Virus record (IMG/VR): IMGVR_UViG_3300024999_000030
Span: 186,001 to 250,000 of that record
Length of the DNA: 64,000 nucleotides
Direction: 5' to 3' (one strand)
Numbering within the stretch: the first letter of the stretch is position 1; each line of letters begins with the position of its first letter. The position numbers were made by a program, and so were the translations under genes. The notes beneath the pieces were generated by a model, which saw only the letters and a list, made by a program, of their open reading frames with translations, had not been told where the DNA came from and ran no database searches. Of this stretch, positions 21,370 to 30,994 are shown piece after piece.

Positions 21370-22727
21370 GAATTAGTGAAATAATCGCAGGCCTTCAAGT
21401 GGAAATGGAAAAGCGTGGGGATTTAAGAGCATGTGCTTTTGATGCTTATAGCGGAGAGACTTATGAAATTAATTCTATTCTTTTTGTAAAGGGTTGTTCT
21501 GAACTACCAGTTGACAACCTGGAATTTAACGACCACATTCTATTAGGGGAATATACATGAGTCGAGAATATAAATGTGTTCGAATTACTTATGGCAGCTT
21601 CAATGTAAGTGGTACACAGGCTTTATGTAAAATGTCAGAGGAAGTCCATGATCATGCCACGGCTGCTACAGGGCCTGTTGTTCCACAGGGTCATAGATTG
21701 CTTACTTCTCCCGTAGTTAAAGTACAAGTGACGCCAGAAGAAATTGCGATATTTACAATGTCTGGAAGTAAATATTGGATGAAAAACGAATCACATGAAA
21801 GTCCGTGTTCTTTTATTGATGTGGTAAGCATTAAAAAATGGCTTGTTGGTCGTGGCCCTGATCCAGATCCATGGCCGTTGAGTGACAATAAATAAGGAGA
21901 CAATATGAAACGACCAAAACTAGTAGTGATTATTAGTTTAATCGGAATTTTTGTTTATCTTTGGTTTTTATTTTTCCTCTCCCATCAGAACGACGTCTCA
22001 GCAGCATCTGAATCAAAAAGATTAGTGCCCCAAGAAGAAGGCAGTTTCGTTATGGATAAACGAGAAACAATTAATTATGCCATCGTAGTAGATAGTAAAA
22101 CAAAACGAGAATACTTATTTGTATGTCGAGCCTCTACCGGTTTATCTATTACTCCTCTATTGGAGACTAAACCCTAAGGCTATCACTGTGTAGTTCTTAG
22201 AGCTAGCAGGCTAGAAACGGCCTGCTATAATGTGAGAACTATAGGAGGTGCTCATGATAGAGCGATACGGTATCAATGAAAATGATTGGATGCTACAGAG
22301 ACAAGACGACGGGCATTTAGTTTCTTATAATGATTGGTTAAGGGTTCGCACACTTTTAAAGAATCTTGAAGTTGCAGCCAACGAGTACTACCATATGGCT
22401 GATATCTCCGTGTCCGTTAATAATGCAGACCCTGAATGTGTTTATGAAAATAATTTACTGGCTGCAAGAAATGAGGCCAGGGGTTTCATAAAGGAGACTA
22501 AAGATGCCGATGAGCAAAAAGGTATTTCGACTTAAAACTCTTGCAACTAAACTTCAAATGGAAGTCGATCCACTTATTGATAGTACTGAAAAACTTCTCA
22601 AGACTCTGAAGTTTATAGGTGTTGAATCTTTTGGTGACAGCACCCTTATTTATAATTATGCACAAACCAAAGAGGCCCTACGACAAATCAAAAATAAAAA
22701 ACAAGAACTTAAAGGCCTTATGTAAAG

Positions 22728-23060
22728 ATGCAACCATTTATTGCAGCACTTCAATCTTTTATCAATGAACCAAATTTAACCTCATGGTTAGATATGGTTG
22801 AAGTTTGGAGACATGAATCCTTACAAAGTAAAAACAAGGATTGCCCGATAAAATTTGAAATCGTCGGGATGAACACATTGATGTGTGGCGATTGTCCATT
22901 TTTAAATGCACATCCATGCCCATGGATAGTCAGTAATTTAGATTCCCCAAAAGGTAAAGAGCATTTTAAAGAAATACAAAGTATTCTTTTAGTCGATAGT
23001 ATTATTTTATTATCTAAATTACAAGCAATGGAAAATATAAATGTCAAAAAGAGAGACTGA
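22728..23060 (+). CDS. Four-Cys family paralogue 9
   Basis: SFINEP...DCPI...CGDCPF..PCPW...SIILLSKL. Confidence 0.8.
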   Translation: MQPFIAALQSFINEPNLTSWLDMVEVWRHESLQSKNKDCPIKFEIVGMNTLMCGDCPFLNAHPCPWIVSNLDSPKGKEHFKEIQSILLVDSIILLSKLQAMENINVKKRD

Positions 23061-23403
23061 TGCTAAAGTTATTCTTGTTAATTTTGTGAATCACCCAACA
23101 CCTGAAACTTGGGAAGAAGTACACAAATATTGGGAAATTCAAAATGCATGTCCATTTAATATAATGTATGAAGGCAGATGTGGTTGTTGTCCTTTTACAA
23201 GATTTGGAAAAAATCTTCATTTATCGATGCATGATTCAGCATTTGAACATCTTTGTCCATTTTATAAAAATACTCATTTAGATTTGAGTTCTAGGCTTGT
23301 TGCTAGTATTCAAGCCGTTGCTTATATAGAAACATATGAAAACTTAGAGATAGAGCAACTGGTTCCCCTGTGGACAAGGGAAATCAACAAGGGTGGAGGA
23401 TAA
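23041..23403 (+). CDS. Four-Cys family paralogue 10
   Basis: NFVNHP...ACPF...CGCCPF...LCPF...ASIQAVAYI. Confidence 0.8.
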   Translation: MSKRETDAKVILVNFVNHPTPETWEEVHKYWEIQNACPFNIMYEGRCGCCPFTRFGKNLHLSMHDSAFEHLCPFYKNTHLDLSSRLVASIQAVAYIETYENLEIEQLVPLWTREINKGGG

Positions 23404-23604
23404 AAATAAAATGAGAAAAAATAAATTTTTCAAAAACTTTATTGCGTCTCTCAAAGAAGCAATAACAATGAATATCAATCGTAAAGATCCCCCACCTAAA
23501 ACCACATATAGAACTTTAAATGATGGTAGTGTCCTTAGAACTATCACATATTATAGTTCCGATGGTCAAGTTGTGAGAACGGAAACTGACCACTTGCCAA
23601 AGTA

Positions 23605-23929
23605 ATGTTATATCAAAAAACAATTAATGCTTTAAGGTTATTTACAGAACAACCTAACCCCCATAATTGGAAAAATATTTCATTAGCATTAATTGATGAA
23701 TCTAATGAACTACTACAACAATGTTTATTGGGCTCTCCTGGACCAACCAAGGGATCTCCAGCCCATTGTTGTGATTGTCCATTTTGGCAAATATAAACAA
23801 ACTAATACATTTTGCCCTAGGTTTATATACAGAAGGCCTTCTATCGAAAGATTTGGAGAGGCAGTTTCCGTTGTTATGGCCATTCAAGCTATTGCTAGAT
23901 TAGAAATGTTAGCTGAAGAACATGAGTGA
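23605..23929 (+). pseudogene. Four-Cys family paralogue 11, split by +1 frameshift near 23780-23795
   Basis: Frame 1 LFTEQP...QCL...CCDCPFW stop; +1 frame continues KYKQTNTFCPR...MAIQAIARLE. Confidence 0.75.
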
Positions 23930-24221
23930 ATATATAAAAGATTATTCTTTTATTATTAACAGAATATTATTTAAAAAGGCATTGGAAGAATTTATATCTA
24001 ATGTTAACGAGGATTCATTCCAACTTTTGAAAAGATTTGCCTTGTCTGGTATATCATGTAGGGTATTGGCCCCCACTCGTTATCAAAATCCATATTGTTA
24101 TGGGTGTTGTTTCCAATCTGAGCGCGGGTGTATATTGAGCACAAATACCGCCGAAACAGTTCTTGGTAGTATACAGGCTTTAGCTTTTATTCTTTCGGAG
24201 GAGGAAGATGGCAGAACCTAG
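23922..24221 (+). CDS. Four-Cys family paralogue 12
   Basis: EFISNV...SCR...CYGCCF..GCIL...GSIQALAFI. Confidence 0.75.
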   Translation: MSEYIKDYSFIINRILFKKALEEFISNVNEDSFQLLKRFALSGISCRVLAPTRYQNPYCYGCCFQSERGCILSTNTAETVLGSIQALAFILSEEEDGRT

Positions 24222-24474
24222 TAATATAAAATACCTTAAGAGGTTTATTGCGTGCCCCTCTTCTGAAAATTGGGAAGAGGTAAAAATTCATGCGGTAAGA
24301 GATTGTTATTTTGGGTCTGAATGCCCATTAATAAATATCAACAATGGGTGTTGTCCACTTTTAACTAGTGTACCGTCCGAAAACTATCCCACTTCAGATG
24401 ACTTACCTAAGCTCACCGTCATTGCTATTCAATATTTGGCGCTACTGGAATCTAGGGGAACAAAAAACTACTAA
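24208..24474 (+). CDS. Four-Cys family paralogue 13
   Basis: RFIACP...DCY..ECPL...CCPL...IAIQYLALL. Confidence 0.75.
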   Translation: MAEPSNIKYLKRFIACPSSENWEEVKIHAVRDCYFGSECPLININNGCCPLLTSVPSENYPTSDDLPKLTVIAIQYLALLESRGTKNY

Positions 24475-24831
24475 CTAAGGAGATAGAATTGGATAAGCAT
24501 AGTAAACTTGGTATCGTTTCATTTATTATCTCTGTTTTTTCTATCGTAACTTTCTTTATGACCTTGGTTCTTGGAATAGTTATCACAAGCGGAAGAATGG
24601 AACCTCAATCTGGTATTGCCGTTTTTTCTGGATTGATTTATTGTTTTGATATGGTTGCATCTATTGTTGGTGTTGGTTTAGCTATCGGGGGTTTTTGTAC
24701 ACAGAGTAAACATCTTTTCTGCTGGTTAGGCGGGGTGATGAATGTATTGTTTCTTATTGGAGTAATGCTTCTTCTTGTTATTGGCACAATGGTTTCGTAG
24801 TTGTTACTCCGTCCCTGGAGAAAAAGCATTT

Positions 24832-24961
24832 CCATAGAGAGGATCTGGACACGGGACAACCCCGGCTCTCTATGGCGTGTTGACTTCCCCGACCCTCGAA
24901 AGGTCCGGCCTGATCCTCAGGCAGGAAGTACGGTGGGGCTGGGGCAGCTGGCCCCGGCCCC
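24832..24961 (+). ncRNA. GC-rich structured intergenic RNA ending in a terminator-like hairpin
   Basis: CCATAGAGAG/CTCTCTATGG; three-way junction ACTTCC/GGAAGT with GACC/GGTC and GCCTGA/TCAGGC; GGGGCTGGGGC/GCCCCGGCCCC followed by T-rich tract. Confidence 0.55.
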
Positions 24962-24991
24962 TTGATATTTTAAAAAACTTTGGAGGTTCAT

Positions 24992-25480
24992 ATGAAATAT
25001 TACAGAGTAAATAATCTTAAAGAAAATCACATGGGCCTTCAATATAAAACTGGTTTAGTGGAAGATTATCGACGATGTGGGATTGGTTTTCTAGGTGGTA
25101 TTCATTTTGCTAGTGTAGATATTCTTGCATTCATTAATTTTGGACCATGGATTAGGGAAGTAACTATTCCCTCCAACACTATTATTCATAAGGCCGGATA
25201 CAACGCTAAAGAGTTTAAGGCTCAACGAGTTATTCTTGGTGAACGAAGGAAAATTACACTATCAGTAATTAAAGAATTAGTTTCTGAGGGGGCAGATGTC
25301 AACGCCGTTAATGGGACTCCCCTTATCAATGCCACCTGTCTTAGAAATTTTGGGCTTGTGAAGACACTGTTGGACTGTGGTGCAAATCCCATGGTGTCTG
25401 ATGCTGAGGCTCTGAAAATAGCAAGTAAGATTAATCGCTATGATATTTTAAACCTTTTAACTGGGACCACGAATGAGTAA
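24992..25480 (+). CDS. Ankyrin-repeat-containing protein
   Basis: LVSEGADVNA.NGTPLINA...LVKTLLDCGANP; GGAGG SD. Confidence 0.75.
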   Translation: MKYYRVNNLKENHMGLQYKTGLVEDYRRCGIGFLGGIHFASVDILAFINFGPWIREVTIPSNTIIHKAGYNAKEFKAQRVILGERRKITLSVIKELVSEGADVNAVNGTPLINATCLRNFGLVKTLLDCGANPMVSDAEALKIASKINRYDILNLLTGTTNE

Positions 25481-25793
25481 ACCTAAAAAATCATCTAAAT
25501 TTAACGATGATGAAATTGTTGTTTTCGTTTATAATTTAATGAAAGAATTTATTAGTAATCCAAATATTAAATTATGGGAAGACATTCTTGAAGGCTTTCC
25601 ATGTCGATTTGATGATTGTGAAAATTGTCCCATGAGTCGAATCAATTGTTTTGATATTGATAGTGAGGGGTGGGAAAAAACAACAGGCATGTGTGTAACT
25701 TGCTCTATAGAAATTATAGCTATGTGTGAGTCTGAGATTTTTCCATTCAGACCTTCTACATGTAACTCAAAAGAAAAGTGGAGAATGGAATGA
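25473..25793 (+). CDS. Four-Cys family paralogue 14
   Basis: EFISNP...PCR..CENCPM..NCF...CSIEIIAMC. Confidence 0.8.
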   Translation: MSKPKKSSKFNDDEIVVFVYNLMKEFISNPNIKLWEDILEGFPCRFDDCENCPMSRINCFDIDSEGWEKTTGMCVTCSIEIIAMCESEIFPFRPSTCNSKEKWRME

Positions 25794-26386
25794 TTTTATC
25801 AATCGTGGCGACTAAAACAAATATATCATATAAAGAACAAGAAATAAGATTGCGAAAAAAATATAAAGAAATCGGGTCAGGCCGGGATGCAGAAATATAT
25901 AAAGTTTCAAGTAATCGAGTTATTAAGCTTCATAGAATGTTTACTGGGACCCATCACAATGATCCCTACTGGAATTTTCTTCGTATTATGCCAGAAAATA
26001 ATATTTATTTTCCTAGGATTTTTGATATAAAACTATACCGCTTTAAGTCCTTAGATCGGGTAGAGGAATATACAATAATAAAAATGGAACATCTAATCAA
26101 ACTGAATGACTTTTCCAATCGAGGACAGGTTCTAAGAGCTGCTATTCAAGATTTTGGTTTTCCAAAATGTGCTGAGGATAAATTTATTTCACGACTGGCA
26201 AATTGGGCGCTAGGTTGGAAAAGAAAACAAAAGAACATGCAACTAAATCCTCAAACTCAAATGGCAATGGATGTATTAGATACTTTGAAATCCTTGTCAT
26301 GCGGCGACCCAGATTTACACGAAGGTAATTTTATGGTTAGAAAAAAAGAACACAGCCAGTTAGTAATTATCGATCCAATGGCATAA
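25790..26386 (+). CDS. Protein kinase-like (Ser/Thr or APH fold) protein
   Basis: IGSGRDAEIY Gly loop, VIK Lys, DLHEGN catalytic loop, IIDP metal-binding motif. Confidence 0.8.
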   Translation: MILSIVATKTNISYKEQEIRLRKKYKEIGSGRDAEIYKVSSNRVIKLHRMFTGTHHNDPYWNFLRIMPENNIYFPRIFDIKLYRFKSLDRVEEYTIIKMEHLIKLNDFSNRGQVLRAAIQDFGFPKCAEDKFISRLANWALGWKRKQKNMQLNPQTQMAMDVLDTLKSLSCGDPDLHEGNFMVRKKEHSQLVIIDPMA

Positions 26387-26621
26387 ACTATGGAGTCTCT
26401 TAGGAGAAAACAATGAAAAAGAAAAAGCCCAATTGGTTTAGGATTGCTACTAAGATTAACTCCATTATTATAGAAGATATAGTATCTAGAATACAAACCG
26501 TAGATAATCTTGGACACATTACAGAAGAGGCTACGGCGATTCAAAATGAATTGATGAAGATTAGAAAGCGCTGTATCCAACTTAATCTTCTTCAAAACGC
26601 CCTTCCAGATAAAAGTGAAAC

Positions 26622-27029
26622 ATGAAGTTTGAAAATATTAAAACTTCAGTTGATATTTATATGATCGCTAAGGAAGCCTTGCGCAATCGTCTCTATATTG
26701 ACAATGAGAGCGCATTTTGGGTTTGGTTACACAACCCATGTGATATTAAAAAAATAACTACCTGCCGAGATGATGGTAAGTTAATTGGCGTGGCCGTTAT
26801 GATGAAGCACCCGGACATTCGTTTTGCTAATGGGGTTAACATTGGTGTGTATGTTAAATATACATACCGTTGTCGTGGTATAGGTTCAAAATTAATTAAA
26901 ATGTTGCCCAATGGTAAAAGCAACAAGCGATTATTTTGGGGAACAGGAATTAAAGATTCTGATAAGTTTTTCAAAAGTCTCCCTAAAAGTCGTAAAACAT
27001 TTAATCTTATACGTGCGGATGGTGAATGA
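26622..27029 (+). CDS. GNAT-family acetyltransferase
   Basis: VYVKYTYRCRGIGSKLI acetyl-CoA-binding motif A. Confidence 0.8.
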   Translation: MKFENIKTSVDIYMIAKEALRNRLYIDNESAFWVWLHNPCDIKKITTCRDDGKLIGVAVMMKHPDIRFANGVNIGVYVKYTYRCRGIGSKLIKMLPNGKSNKRLFWGTGIKDSDKFFKSLPKSRKTFNLIRADGE

Positions 27030-27430
27030 TGATTAATGATGATTCTCCTCTATATAGCGGTAAGAGTTTACTAATGAAAGAAATAGCGATGGAGCGTGGT
27101 ATTAGATATATAGATGTTCCAGTTTCCCCTGCTCCAGCCTCAAAAGACTTTCTTGGATTATTAATGGGAGATGTTCATGCCTTCCTTAAGATGTGAAAAA
27201 TGTCAATATCGAATTGAATTTGAGGGAGAAATAGTTATTCACTCCCGACGGGCTGATGGTTCTTGTTATCATTATTATATCTGTTCTGAGTGTTTTGATA
27301 TTAGAGCATATAAGGATATTAAGAACTGCCCTAAGTGCTTCGTTTGGCACGATGATAATGATCACTGCCCAAAGTGTGGAGTGGGGCCAGTAAATGTAAA
27401 TAGAATTATTCATGAATTTGGGAGAGTAAC

Positions 27431-27787
27431 ATGATTCCACATAGGGAGTGGATAAATTCTATGGAAAATTTTATCCGCGATCCTAGTTTTGAAAACATGT
27501 TGATGGTAAGAAAAATTAGAGACGATTACGGTTGCTCCAGCTACTCTCGTGATGGACAGCAGGGAAGGGGACCGCTTTGGCCTAGAGATGGTAGAAGCAT
27601 ATCCAGTTTATGTAAGGAGTGTCCATTCCAAACACATGTGGGCGCGGTTGGAGGATGGTGTTTATTACAAGAGTTAAGAGATAAAAAACATTTTATTACT
27701 TACTCTGGTTTATTAATTGAGCGATCAAAAAAAGCTGTAAATGATTTACGTGGAATGTGGTCAGATTCCCGAGGAAATCAATTCTGA
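27431..27787 (+). CDS. Four-Cys family paralogue 15
   Basis: NFIRDP...GCS...CKECPF...WCLL. Confidence 0.75.
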   Translation: MIPHREWINSMENFIRDPSFENMLMVRKIRDDYGCSSYSRDGQQGRGPLWPRDGRSISSLCKECPFQTHVGAVGGWCLLQELRDKKHFITYSGLLIERSKKAVNDLRGMWSDSRGNQF

Positions 27788-28054
27788 TTTTACTTGGGAA
27801 ATTAAACCTGATTCTCGATAGAGAAGGAGAAGGTTATGAAAGAGTATAATGGTAAGTTTGCCAATGAGGTTTGTAATATCAAGCGAAACGAAGCTGAAGA
27901 ACGCCAGAGGTTATCTGATCTCCGTAGTCCTCAGGATAGGCTTCAACGACTTGATACTAGATTTGGGGTAGGTCTGGGAGCTATTAAGGAACGCGCTCGT
28001 TTAAATGGCCTGTTGGAACAAAATAAAGTAAACGCGTAATTCAAACGAAAAGGA

Positions 28055-28235
28055 GGCCACTACTAAGTCTTGGTGGATTTAACAGGCACGCTTCGCCCGA
28101 AAGCTCGTTGAATAACCAGAGGTGAATCTGGGATGTTCCCGTAACGACTACTGATACAGGCTAAGAGTGAAAAGGGTTGTGTCCTGAGTAGTTTCTTAGC
28201 ACTGACCAAACCAATAGTAGACGGGCCACTATAAT
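28055..28235 (+). ncRNA. Candidate structured RNA C
   Basis: CCAC/GTGG, CCAGA/TCTGG, ACTACT/AGTAGT, GCTAAGA/TCTTAGC (crossing), CCCGT/ACGGG, GCCAC/GTGGC. Confidence 0.45.
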
Positions 28236-29127
28236 GTGTTGTGGCTATAATTTGTGGCTATCTAACATTAATCTACAATAGGAGAATAAAAATGGATTGG
28301 ATCGTAAATCTTATCACCGAATGGAAGTGGAATGGATTTATGTCACTTTTACTTTATTGGCTCCCGCTTTCGTTCTGTGTAGTCGGTTATACTTTACGTA
28401 CCGCCCGAAATTATATTAGAGATAAAAGAAGACTCGCGGAATATTTAAGCAGCAGGGGCAATAAGGTTGCTAAATCTAAAGAAATTATTTATCCAAGACA
28501 AGAATATTATCCTACCGACACCATAGGAACCCTTATTGGTAGATCGATTGTTTCCATTGTTCCTATCGGAAATCTTTGGGCTGCATTGTTTGACCTTGCC
28601 CCCGAAGTCTTTCGTAAGTTTTTTAAGTGGCTCGGCAAAGTATTTGATTTTCCGCTTGTGCCTGGACCGAAAGAAGATGCCTAAAGTAGACATTGACGCT
28701 CTAGAAAAACTTTACAATGAATCTACTCCGGGGCCATGGATAGTTAGGGATATGAAATTTGTTCATGCCCCATGCCCCTGTTGTGGAGATGTTGCTGAGT
28801 GCGTGCAGTATGGCCCAGGAAATGATAAGGAAAACTACAATACAGAAATTATCGTGGCGATGCACACAGCCCTACCGCACCTCATTACTGAACTAAGAGC
28901 CGCAAGAAGAAAGAATAGGAAAAAGTAAATGGAAAATAAATACAAACAAGTGTTGGAGACTTATAGATGCTTATTGAGTTGCAGAAAAAATCTTCCAGGA
29001 CTTAGCCTAGAAAGCGCATTTAATGAAGATGCCGTTAGGGATTTGGAAGAAGAATATGCTTGGCTGCAACAACAAAAACAATATGAAAGCCATACCGGGA
29101 TTAATTGTCCTCCTCCATAATTTAAAA

Positions 29128-29385
29128 GTGGACCTCGCCAGTGTGTAAGTAGGCACTCCCAGAATCATTTACAAGGGGGAGACACCGACGGCTGGAAGGT
29201 AGTATAATATTTATACTATCATCTGGTGAGATGCCCCATTGGAGGCCTAGCTTCGTCAAATCTCCATCGCGGTAAGGTGGAAATGATGGGCGGACTAGAA
29301 GCCCTCTGTCGCCACCGCTCTAGTGAAGATTGTTCCTAGAGCCGGCTCGTCGATGTAAGTCGGCGAGTCGTAATGTAGGAATAAA
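29128..29385 (+). ncRNA. Candidate structured RNA D
   Basis: CTCGCCAG/CTGGTGAG, CTCCC/GGGAG, TAGTATA/TATACTA, CCATC/GATGG, GCTCTAG/CTAGAGC, CTCGTCGA/TCGGCGAG. Confidence 0.5.
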
Positions 29386-29412
29386 TCTAACTTAACTTAT
29401 ATCGGAGATAAC

Positions 29413-29589
29413 ATGGCCAACAAACGGTGGGAAGAATACGGTCACGTGGTTGAAGAAGTTAGAAGTGAGTGGCATAAGGTGATTTATGTAGATGGTGTTC
29501 AGGTTAATGAGACTTTCAGTGAGGCTATTGGAAGAATTATGGCCGAGGAAAGTTTAAAGAAATTAATGAATCCAAATCCTAAACAGTAA
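29413..29589 (+). CDS. 58-aa hypothetical protein between two structured RNAs (not in ORF track)
   Basis: GGAG SD, ATG 29413, MANKRWEEYG...NPNPKQ stop. Confidence 0.55.
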   Translation: MANKRWEEYGHVVEEVRSEWHKVIYVDGVQVNETFSEAIGRIMAEESLKKLMNPNPKQ

Positions 29590-29592
29590 CAC

Positions 29593-29828
29593 CACATTAA
29601 CGCGGGAAGTAGGCTTAAGGGCAGCCATCTTTTAAAGAGTGAGGGCTGGCCATGTGCAGATAATATCGTCTTCGTTCGCAGGGTAGCATAAGAAGACCGA
29701 AGGATAGATTTTTAAAAATTCACAATCTATCTGGGGACGGCCATGGGCACCACTTGCAGCAAACAGAGGATTGTCAAGGACAATCTGTACTGTTCCTCTC
29801 TGGCGTAAAAGCACACCTCGTTAATGTG
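29593..29828 (+). ncRNA. 23S rRNA L11-binding (GTPase-associated centre, H43/H44) mimic with 162-nt insert
   Basis: GGAAGTAGGCTTAAGGGCAGCCATCTTTTAAAGAGT(G)...GCGTAAAAGCACAC versus remembered E. coli 23S ~1055-1104 GGAUGUUGGCUUAGAAGCAGCCAUCAUUUAAAGAAAGCGUAAUAGCUCAC; closed by perfect CACATTAACG/CGTTAATGTG. Confidence 0.8.
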
Positions 29829-30072
29829 TTTTAAATATTTGATAATGGGAGAGATAAAATGCCCACAAATAAAGTAGAAGTATTAATGGGGTCTTATGAA
29901 TCACCTAGGCCAGTAAAATGTTGTATTTGCCATTGCCCCATGTATTACATAGGGGATATTAGATATGAAGCAGAGATAAAAATGGAATTAACAAGTCATG
30001 AAATACCTTCAGTTGATCATGAAATTTTTTATGCTCATGCCAGATGTTTAATGCCATTGATCGGAGGTTGAA

Positions 30073-30440
30073 ATGAGAACAATTGCCATTGTGTTGTGTG
30101 ATAATGATTATCATTATACTTTTCCTTCTCTTTTGAAATCAGTATATGAAGCGATAAAGAGTTGGGATGGTTGTTTAAAAGACGAGCAATTAAACGAAGA
30201 TGACATTCGAGCCCTAATTAGATCTGGATTGGAATTTTTTTATCGAGGGTTCCAACAGGAGGTAGAGGTCATGGTCCGTGTGCTAGTGGATTTTTGCCAG
30301 TAGAGCACAGGGTTGAATATCTGCGCAAAGAAATAAAAATTCTTTTCGATGAAAAAGCTGAAAAACACATCCAATAACATGATCATGATGGTGGTTCATG
30401 GTATTTAGAAATAGCTACTGGAAAGGTTTATAGTTATTAA
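30073..30440 (+). pseudogene. Disrupted hypothetical gene (-1 frameshift near 30255 plus in-frame TAA at 30375)
   Basis: After ...FFYRGFQ the -1 frame reads GHGPCASGFLPVEHRVEYLRKEIKILFDEKAEKHIQ*HDHDGGSWYLEIATGKVYSY, which looks protein-like on both sides of the stop. Confidence 0.55.
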
Positions 30441-30602
30441 TTTTTAATTCAATATTGAAAACTACAAGAGACGATGCTTGGCGCCGAAGTGATCGTCAGG
30501 GTGTAAAAACCTAAGCCCTGCCATTCTGGTTCAAGTAGAGGTGACTGTATAGCCGTGGTGCATCTATTACAGTTTAAAGGGCTTGCACCAAAAGGAGAAT
30601 AC

Positions 30603-30947
30603 ATGGCCAATAAACAAGAGTCTTCGATTTACGGTAAAACTTTTGCTGGTGTTAAAATTACTCGCAAGACGCTGCGCGAACCTGAGACGGGTAAGTTTGG
30701 TATTTACGAAGTCCAGGTTGGCAAAGTGAAGTCAGCTACTCTCTTTGGTGCCAGGAAAGCTTTTCAGGCTGTGCTTGCTATTGCTAAGACTGAGTATCCT
30801 AAAGCCTATACGGCTATTGTGGCTCAGCTCAATACTAACAAGCCTGAACCTAAACCCAAGAAAGAGAAGGGAAAGTTGACCGTTAAGGAGACTACCACTC
30901 TTGGTCGTCTTCTTAAGAAGGCTGGCGTTAAGCTCGTTAGCCGGTAA
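30603..30947 (+). CDS. Basic small protein, probably highly expressed
   Basis: Lys-rich; strong AAGGAG SD; codon usage biased to GGT/GCT/AAG; preceded by a structured leader (about 30465-30590). Confidence 0.55.
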   Translation: MANKQESSIYGKTFAGVKITRKTLREPETGKFGIYEVQVGKVKSATLFGARKAFQAVLAIAKTEYPKAYTAIVAQLNTNKPEPKPKKEKGKLTVKETTTLGRLLKKAGVKLVSR

Positions 30948-30965
30948 AATTTTCAAAGCCCATTG

Positions 30966-30994
30966 GGCAATCGGAGGCTTTGTATCCGATTGCC
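30966..30994 (+). terminator. Hairpin after 30603..30947
   Basis: GGCAATCGGA/TCCGATTGCC 10-bp stem; no clear U tract. Confidence 0.45.

Noticed and set aside
28135-28200. Group I intron (AACGACTA R-like motif)
   Set aside because: No downstream TAGTC to form P7, no interrupted exon, and no P4-P6 motifs.
29641-29802. The insert in the GAC mimic as a canonical group I intron
   Set aside because: U|...G| boundaries fit, but it is shorter than known self-splicing group I introns and I find no P7 or internal guide sequence; left open as an unknown insert.
29593-29828. Fragment of a host rRNA operon (contamination)
   Set aside because: The flanks are not rRNA-like, it has its own non-rRNA closing stem, and it is embedded among phage-type ORFs.
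30495-30580. Second, permuted twister (CCTAAGCCCTG...GTAGAGG)
   Set aside because: Extra bases in L4 and no matching UAA-P2-RGC segment.
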